Source: Squalus acanthias
Taxonomy: Eukaryota
Direction of reading: 5' to 3'
Assembly: GCA_030390025.1 (NCBI GenBank)
Contig: CM059425.1
Location: 173,540,001 to 173,604,000, forward strand
DNA: 64,000 nucleotides
Shown here: positions 55,430-64,000 of the stretch, one piece after another
Layout of the letters: each line of letters starts with the position of its first letter
Numbering within the stretch: position 1 is the stretch's first letter
Translations under genes and position numbers: made by a program
The notes under the pieces: model-generated
What the model saw: the letters and a program-made list of their open reading frames with translations, nothing else
Told to the model about the DNA's origin: nothing
Databases searched by the model: none

Positions 55430-58400
55430 GGATTAAAACGGAGTGTACTTAAACAGAGTGTTTTATGTGGGAATTTGGAAAGAGTGGGAATTCGGAGAAG
55501 AGGGGGAAGAATTTGCTGCTTTTTGCCTACACTACTTGTAGTGCTTTGTGTTGCAGGTAGATATTAATTTCGGTACCCATAACTTAATCTAGATCAAGTA
55601 AGTAGTCAAGATACTACACTGTAAACTAAGTTACCTAATTACAAATTTAATTAAATAAAACAAGGTCATATAGGGATGGCAGTGCAGGTGGTGTGCCGCA
55701 ACTGCAGCATGTGGGAGTTTGTGGAGAACATTGTGATCCTGGACAACCACATTTGCAGTAAGTGACTGCATCTTGAACTTCAGCTCAGAGTTTTTGAGCT
55801 GGAGTCTGAGGTGCAGACATTGCGGGGCATCAGGAATGGGGAGAGTTACCTGGACACTTTGATCCAGGAGGCAGTCACACCCCTTGGGTTAGGTAATGGT
55901 ACAGGTCTGGTTAGTGGTCAGGGACAGGAGGGTGTGACTGCAACTCAGGCAGGTAAGGGGCCCCCAGGTGCAGTGCTGGAGGAGCCTCAGCCTTTGCCCT
56001 TGTCCAACAAGTATGAGGTTCTTGCTGCCTATGTGGCTGAGGGAAAAGCCTGAAGCATAGATGAGCAAGCTGACCATGACACCATGGTGCAGGAGCCCAT
56101 TCAAGTGGGGGGAGTGAAAGGGAATGTAGTTGTGGTAGGGGACAGTATAGTCGGGGATAGATACTGTTCTCTGCAGCCGCGACCAAGAGTTCCGAAGGTT
56201 GTGTTGCCTGCCCGATGCCAGGGTTAAAGACATCTCCTCGCGGCTGGAGAAGAACTTGGAGTGGGAGGGGGAGGATCCAGTTGTCGTGGTCCACGTAGGA
56301 ACCAACGACATAGGTAGCACTAGGAATGAGGTTCTGCTGAGGGAGTTTGAGGAGCTAGGATCCAAATTAAAAAGCAGAACCTTAAAGGTAATAATCTCTG
56401 GATTGTTGCCTGAGCCACGCACAAATTGGCATAGGGCCAAACCGATTAGAGGTTTAAATGCGTGGTTCAAAGAGTGGTGTGGGAGGAAGGGGTTTCAATT
56501 CATGGGGCACTGGCACCAGTAGTGGGGAAAGAGGGAGCTGTTCCATTTGGACGGACTCCACAGTGTCCTGACGAACCGAATAACTAGGGCAGTAGACAGG
56601 GCTTTAAACTAATGAAGGTGGGGTTGGGAGGATTCAGGAAAGAGTAAATTTAAAAGTAGTGAGAGAAATGTCAAGGCTCTAGAGCAGAGTAGAGTTTTGG
56701 GTAAAAATAAGCAGAGTGGATCAGGAGGGGACAGAGAGAGTAACAAAGGCAATAAGGCATCAGTGACTACGGTGACATCAGGGAAATATAGAAATAAGTC
56801 AAAGCTAAAGGCACTATATCTGAATGTGCGAAGCATTCGCAACAAAATAGATGAATTAATAGTGCAGATAGAAATTAATAGGTTTGATCTAATAGCCAAT
56901 ACAGAGACGTGGTTGCAATGTGGCCAGGGTTGGGAACTAAATATTCCCGGATACTTAACTTTTAGAAGAGAGAGGCAAAATGAAAAAGGAGGAGGGGTAG
57001 CCCTGATAATAAAGATGGGTTAAAGACGGTAGAGAGCAAATGATCTTAGCTCCGAAAATCAAGAAGTAGAATCAGTTTGGGTGGAGTTAAGAAACAGCAA
57101 GGGGCAGAAAACATTGGTGGGAGTTGTTTATAGGCCCCCAAACAGTAGTTGTAATGTAGGGCAGAGTATAAATCAGTAAATTAGAGGCATCTGTAACGAG
57201 GGTAATACAGTAATCATGGGGACTTTAATCTAGATATAGATTGGGCAAACCAAATTTGCAGTAATAGTGTGGAGGGCGAATTCATGGAATGTATGCAAGA
57301 TAGTTTTCTAGATCAGTATGTTGAGGAACCAACTAGGGAACAGGCTATTTTAGATCGAGTATTGTGCAACGAGAAAGGGTTAATTAATAACCTTGTAGTA
57401 AAGGAGCCTTTAGGGAAGAGTGATCATAATATGATAGAATTTTATATTGAGTTTGGAAGTGATTTAGTTAAATCCGAAACTAGGGTCTTAAATGTAAACA
57501 AAGCAAACTACGTAGGTATGAGGGGCGAGTTGGCTAAGGTAGATTGGGAAACTACATTAAAAGGTATGATGGTAGACAAGCAATGACTAGCATTTAAAGA
57601 ATGAATACATAATTTACACCAAATATACATTCCTTTAAGGCACAAAAACCCCACAGGAAAAGTGGTCCAACCGTGGCTAACAAGAGAAGTTAAAGATAGT
57701 ATTAGATCAAAGGAAGAGGCTTATAATGTTGCCAAAAAGAGTAGTAAGCATGAGGATTGGGAGGATTTTAGAATTCAGCAAAGGAGGACCTAGAAATTGA
57801 TAAAGAAAGGGAAAATAGAATATGAGAATAAACTAGCGAGAGACATAAAAACAGACTGTAAAAGCTTCAATAGGTATGTAAAAAGGAAAAGTCTAGCGTG
57901 GGTCCCTTACAGGCTGAGACAGGATAAGTTATAATGGGGAATAAGGAAATGGCAGAGAAATCAAACAAATACTTTGTGTCTGTCTTCACGGAAGAAGACG
58001 CAAAAAACTTATCGGAAATAGTGGAGAACCAAGGGTCTAGCGAGAACGAGGAACTGAAAGAAATTAGTGTGAGTAAAAATGAGTACTGGAGAAATTAATG
58101 GGACTGAAAGCAAACAAATCCCCTGGACCTGATGGTCTACATCCTAGGGTTTTGAAAGAGGTGGCTATAGAGATAGTGGATGCATTGGTTGTCATTTTCC
58201 AAAATTCCATAGATTCTAGAACGGTTCCCGCGGATTGGAAGGTAGCAAATGTAACCCCACTATTTAAGAAAGGAGTGAGAGAAAACGGGGAACTACAGAC
58301 TAGTTAGCCTGACATCAGTAGTAGGGAAAATGCTAGAATCTATTATTAAGGACGTGGTAACAGGACACTTAGAAAATAATAATAGGATTGGGCAGAGTCA

Positions 58401-59344
58401 ACACGGATTTATGAAAGGGAAATCGTGTTTGACAGATCTGTTAGAGTTTTTTGAGGTTGTAACTAGCAGAATAGATAAGGGGGGACCCAGTGGATGTGGT
58501 GTATTTGGATTTTCAGAAGGCATTCGATAAGTTGGCGCACTTCGGTTATTAAACAAAATTAGGGCTCATGGGATTGGAGTAATATACTAGCATGGATTGA
58601 GGATTGGTTAACGGACAGAAAACATAGTAGGAACTGAGGGGAGAAATGTGAAGTTATCCACTTTAGTAGGAAAAATAGAAAAGCAGAGTATTTTTTAAAT
58701 GGCGAGAGATTGGGAAATGTTGGTGTTCACAGGGACCTGGGTGTTCTTGTACATGAATCATTGAAAGTTAACATGCAGGTACATCAAGCAATTAGGAAAG
58801 CAAATGGTATGTTGGCCTTTATTACAAGAAGATTTGAGTATAAGAGTAAAGACGTCTTACTGCAATTATATAGGGCCCCGGTGAGACCACACCTGGAGTA
58901 TTGTATATAGTTTTAGTCTCTTTACCTAAGGAAGGATATACTTGCCATAGAGGGAGTGCAACGAAGGTTCACTAGACTGATTCCTGGGATGGGGCGAGTG
59001 TCCTATGAGGAGAGATTGAGAGATCTCATTGAAACATACAAAATTCTTAGAGGGCTTGACAGGGTAGTTGCACGGAGGATGTTTCCCCTGGCTTTGGAGT
59101 CTAGAACCAGGGATCACAGTCTCAGAATAAGGGGTCGGCCATTTAGGACTGAGCTGAGGAGAAATTTCTTCACTCAGAGGGTGGTGAATCTTTGGAATTC
59201 TCTACCCAGAAGGCTGTGGAGGCTCAGTCGTTGAGTATAGTCAAGGCAGAGATCGATAGATTTTTGTATATTGAGGGAATCAAGGGATATGGGGATAGTG
59301 CAGGAAAGTAGAGTTGAGGTAGATGATCAACCATGATCTTACTG
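55430..59344 (+). mobile_element. Near full-length degraded CR1 LINE (ORF1 zf/esterase, ORF2 APE-RT with deletion)
   Basis: CCLPDARVKDI..VHVGTND, LYLNVRSIRNK, TETWL, SDHNMIEF, KSPGPD. Its 3' UTR resumes at ~61728-61790 after a nested CR1. Confidence 0.92.
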
Positions 59345-61725
59345 TGATCAATATGTCGAGGAACCAACTAGAGATCAGGCCATCTTAGACTGGGTATTAT
59401 GTAATGAGAAAGGATTAATTAGCAATCTTGTTGTGCGAGGCCCCTTGGGGAGGAGCGATCATAATATGATAGAATTCTTCATTACGATGGAGAGTGAAGT
59501 AGTTGACTCAGAGACTAGGGTCCTGAATTTAAATAAAGGAAACTACGATGGTATGAGGCGCGAGTTGGCTAGGGTGGATTGGGGAGCGTTACTTAAAGGG
59601 TTGACGGTGGATAGGCAATGGCAAACATTTAAGGATCGCATGGATGAACTACAGAATTTGTTCATCCCTGTTTGGCATAAAAATAAAACAAAAAAGGTGA
59701 CTCAACCGTGGCTAACAAGGGAAATTAGGGATAGCATAAGATCCAAGGTTAGGACATATAAATTGGCATGAAAAGCAGCAAACCTGAGGATTGGGAGCAG
59801 TTTAGGATTCAGCAAAGGAGGACAAAGGGATTAATTAAGAGGGGGAAAATAGAATATGAGAGTAAGCTTACAGGGAACATAAAAACTGACTGTAAAAGCT
59901 TCTATAGAGATGTGAAGAGAAAAAGATTGGTGAAGTCAAGCGTAGGTCCCTTGCAGTCAGAATCAGGGGAATTTATAATGGGGAACAAAGAAATGGCTGG
60001 CGAATTAAATACATACATTGGTTCTGTCTTCACAAAGGAGGACACAAATAAACTCCCAGAGATGTCGGGGAACATAGGGTCTAATGAGAGGGAGGAATTG
60101 AATGAAATCACTATTTGTAGGGAAATGGTGTTGGGGAAATTGACGGGATTGAAGGCCGATAAATCCCCAGGGCCTGATAATCTACCTCCAAGGGTACTTA
60201 AGGAAATGGCCCTAGAAATAGTAGATGCATTGCTGGTCATCTTTCAAAATTCTATAGACTCTGGAACAGTTCCCATGGATTGGAGGGTAGCTAATGTGAC
60301 CCCACTATTTAAAAAAGGTGGTAGAGAAAAAACGGAATTATAGACCAGTAAGCCTGACATCGGTAGTGGGGAAAATGCTAGAGTCCATTATAAAAGATGT
60401 AATAGCAGAGCACTTGGAAAACAGTGGCAGGATCGGACAAAGTCAACATGGATTTACAAAAGGGAAATCATGCCTGACTAATCTACTGGAATTTTTTGAG
60501 GATGTAACTGGTAGAAGAGATAAGGGAGAAACAGTGGATGTGGTGTATTTGGACTTTCAGTAGGCTTTCGATAAGGTCCCGCATAAGAGATTAGCGTGTA
60601 AAGTTAAAGCACATGGGTGAGGTACTGATTTGGATAGAGAACTGGTTGGCAGACAGGAAGCAAAGAGTTGGAATAAACGGGTCTTTTCCGAGTGGCAGGC
60701 AGTGACTAGTGGGGTACCACAGGGATCGGTGCTAGGACCCCAGCTCTTCACAATATATATATTAATGATCTAGACGAGGGAACTAGATGTAATATCTCCA
60801 AGTTTGCAGACGACACAAAGCTGGGTGGGCGTGTGTGCTGTGAGGAGGATGCAGAGAAACTCCAGTATGATTTGGACAGGTTGGGTGATTGAGCAGATGC
60901 ATGGCAGATGCAGTATAATGTGGATAAATGCGAGGTTATCCACTTTGGTGGCAAAAACAGGAAGACAGATTATTATCTGAACAGCAATAGATTGGGAAAA
61001 GGGGAAGTGCAACGAGATCTGTGAGTCCTTGTGCACCAGTCGCTGAAGGTAAGCATGCAGGTGCAGCAGGCGGTTAAGAAGGCAAATGGTATGTTGGCCT
61101 TCATAGCGAGAGGATTCGAGTACAGGAGCAAGGATGTCTTGCTGCAGTTGTACAAGGCCTTGTTGAGACCACACCTTGAGTATTGTGTGCCGTTTTGGTC
61201 GCCTTATCTGAGGAAGGATGTTCTTGCCATGGAGGGAGCGCAGCGAAGATTCACCAGACTGATACCTGGGATGGCAAGAATGACGTATGAAGAGAGATTG
61301 GGTCGATTGGGCTTATATTTGCTAGAGTTTCGAAGAATGAGAGGGGATCTCATTGAAACTTATAAAATTCTAACAGGACTAGACAGACTAGATGCAGGAA
61401 GGATGTTCCCGATGGCGGGGGAGTCCAGAACCAGAGGTCACAGTCTAAGGATAAGGGGTAAGCCATTTAGGACTGAGATGAGGAATTTCTTCACCCAGAG
61501 AGTGGTGAACCTGTGGAATTCTCTACCACAGAAGGCAGTTGAGGCCAATTCATTAAATATATTCAAGAAGGAGTTAGATATATTTCTTAAGGCTAAAGGG
61601 ATCAAGGGATATGGGGAGAAAGCAGGGACAGGGTACTGAATTTGGATGATCAGCCATGATCTCATTAAATGGTGGAGCAGGCTCGAGGGGCCGAATGGCC
61701 TACTCCTGCTCCTATCTTCTATGCT
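59345..61725 (+). mobile_element. 5'-truncated CR1 LINE nested in the 3' UTR of the previous one
   Basis: ORFs 59433..59771, 59768..60343, 60318..60563 and 61031..61639 are homologous to 25648..27594. TACTG is repeated at both junctions. Confidence 0.92.
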
Positions 61726-62154
61726 GCTACTGAATGGCGGAACCAGCTCGAGGGGCCAAATAGCCTACTCCTGCTCCTGTTTCTTATGTACTGCTTGAAC
61801 AAGATCTCGACAGATCTCAAACCGATTTATATGAGAATGAACATACAAAGAATGCCTTCTGATATGTGCCTTAATCATACACATTTCATGAATCTCCTTG
61901 GAGTTGAGGAGGTGCCAAATGGGAGAACCTTATATTGATAACTGCAACCCTAGAGGTTGAACTGTAGACAACCTTGACAGTTCAGTGTGCTGCTGAGAAA
62001 GTCTAGATTTGAGTTTGAGTGAGAGAGTAGTCTTAAGCAATGAGTGTCAACAACAACTATTTATATAGCGCCTTTAATGTAGTAACATGCCCTAAGGTGC
62101 TTCACAGGAGTGTTATCAAACAAAATTTGACACCGAGCCACGTAAGGAGATATT

Positions 62155-62898
62155 GGGCCAAAAATTCATCCCGCGACGCGAGAGTACGCACTGCGTACTC
62201 TCGCGTATTCTCTCTCCAGTTGCCGGTTTTCTGCATGCCCTGCGCATGCGCTGAAAACCGGCACTTGGTCTTTTGAAAAGGGGGCGGTTCCTCGGTGCAT
62301 CACGTGCGCGCTACAGGCTGCGCGCACGCTGTGCACTTCGTGCTTTGGACGCGCAGGTAAGTACGGAAGATTTTAGAAATGGAAAAAGGAGGAGTAAGAC
62401 CCACTTTTAACAAGGTAAGTAGTGAATTAAGTATTTTTTTGAATTTTTTTTAACAGGTATATCTTTTTTAGAGACTTTAAAGACAGGTAAGTTTATTTTT
62501 ATAACTTTTTAAAAGATTTTAAATTTTTTCAAAAATTTAATTTTTTATTTAAAATGGTTAATTTATTTAACTATACTTATTTTATTAATGTGATGGTTTT
62601 TAAAAAAAATTTAATTGAGGTTTAGCTGTTATTTTGGGGGGGTGTAAGATTCATAGATTTCACAGCACGTATGTGAAACTTATGAATGGAAGATGGTGTG
62701 CTGCCATTGGCTCTAACTGAGTCACGTGATCCCACAGCTCGCACGAATTCACTACGCCGGTGGGATACGCAAGCACTGCCCAGCTGATGTCTGGAACATC
62801 AAGTTCGTGCGAGCTGGATCTGAAAAAGCACACGCGGAGTGAGAGATCGCGGGGAAGCCTTACCCCCGCGGGAACAGAGCGAGATCAATTTCTGGGCC
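62155..62898. mobile_element. Harbinger-type MITE, copy 3
   Basis: Nearly identical to 362-1103. TSD ATT (62152-62154, 62899-62901). Confidence 0.93.
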
Positions 62899-63086
62899 AT
62901 TGGGGCAGGTGACCAAAAGCTTGAACAAAGAGGTAGGTTTTAAGGAGCATCTTAAAGGAGGAAGAGGGGTAGAGAGGTGGAGGGGTTTAGGGAGGGAATT
63001 CCAGAGCTTAGGGCCTTGGCAGCTGAAGGCACGGCCACCAATGGTGGAGCGATTCAAATCTGGGATGCTCAAGAGGCCAGAATCAG

Positions 63087-63497
63087 AAGATTGTGGGTTC
63101 AAGTCTCACTCCAGATACTTGAGCGCAAAAATCTAGGCTGACACTCCAGTGCAGTACTGAGGGAGTGCTGCTCTGTTGGATGTGCCATCTTTCGGATGAG
63201 ACTTCAAACCAAGGCCCTGTCTGCCCTCTCAGGTGGACGCAGAAGATCCCACGGCACTGTTTCAAAGAAGAGCAGGAGAGTTATCCCTGGTGTCCTGGCC
63301 AATATTTATCCCTCAATTCACATCACTAAAAAACGATTATCTGGTTTGTGTTTGTGGGAGTTGTGTGCAAATTGGCTGCCGCGTTTCCTACATTACAACA
63401 GTGACTACGCTTCAAAAAGTACTTCATTGACTGTAAAGCGCTTTGGGATGTCCGGTGGTTGTGAAAGGTGCTATGTAAATGCAAGTCTTTTTTCTCT
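63087..63497 (+). mobile_element. Deu-like SINE
   Basis: GTGGGTTCAAGTC..AAATCTAGGCTGACACTCCAGTGCAGTACTGAGGGAG..GCTATGTAAATGCAAGTC. Confidence 0.82.
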
Positions 63498-64000
63498 TAG
63501 AATTAGAGGAGCGCAGATATCTGCGGGATGTAGGGCTGGAGGAGATTACAGCGATGGGGAGGGCCGAGGCCATTGAAAACAAGGATGAGAATTTTAAAAT
63601 CGAAGCGTTGAACAGCAAATAGAGTATGGAGTTAAGCCTTGAGTTGGCTTAAAATTATACTTGAGGGGTTAAATCACTAAATTGCTTTTTGATTTTCTTA
63701 CATTTTTGTGAGCTGTTTAGTATGGGATGGGGGTGGAACAGATGACTGAAACCTGGATACCTGCATGACTCGGGAGATCCTGAAATCTTGTGTCCCATGA
63801 TGACCACAAGTTTGAAATGTCTCCTAACTGCTGTCGCTTGAAGTAACTAGGGATAATCTATCGCATACAGGAGATTGGAGGATTACTGTAATGCACATAC
63901 CAGTAGATGGTCACCCTGCGATGGTGTTAAAGAAAAATTAGCAATACCTGCGTCGGAGATTTCATAGTTGGGAATAGACAACAACTTCTTATTAGAGTAC

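Larger units (their letters stand above)
62046..63610 (-). mobile_element. L2-type LINE 3' fragment interrupted by MITE copy 3 and a SINE
   Basis: GGRAFSCQGPKLWNSLP in ORF 62860..63102. Tail AACAACTATTTATATAGCGCC. Confidence 0.75.

Noticed and set aside
54531..64000. WDR36 exon 2
   Set aside because: No matching peptide with splice sites was recognised. The sequence is nearly all repeats.

Overview
Eukaryotic, vertebrate-type DNA, most likely a cartilaginous fish. That is an inference from the mix of CR1 LINEs, a Deu-domain tRNA-derived SINE, L2 and Penelope elements. Almost all of the window is transposable elements. It is dominated by a dense cluster of PIF/Harbinger DNA transposons: several families, each with a 3-exon Myb/SANT-like gene and a convergent DDE transposase, plus non-autonomous derivatives. 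Two diverged large Harbingers (18871-29692 and 34567-50181, opposite orientations) each carry a second Harbinger family (family A). The two nested copies were inserted independently, about 60 bp apart, in the same intergenic spacer and in the same relative orientation. In the first composite all four genes have open reading frames. Other notable features: a ~3.9 kb CpG-rich 38-bp satellite grown from a Harbinger subterminal motif; covarying subterminal palindromes; a hammerhead-core-like structured element upstream of a transposase; and small Penelope/hammerhead insertions with TSDs. The only recognisable host gene is the first coding exon of WDR36 (53914-54063), whose exon end and splice donor are tandemly repeated ten times. 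All calls were made by eye, with no database searches. Family labels A, BC, D and E are mine.
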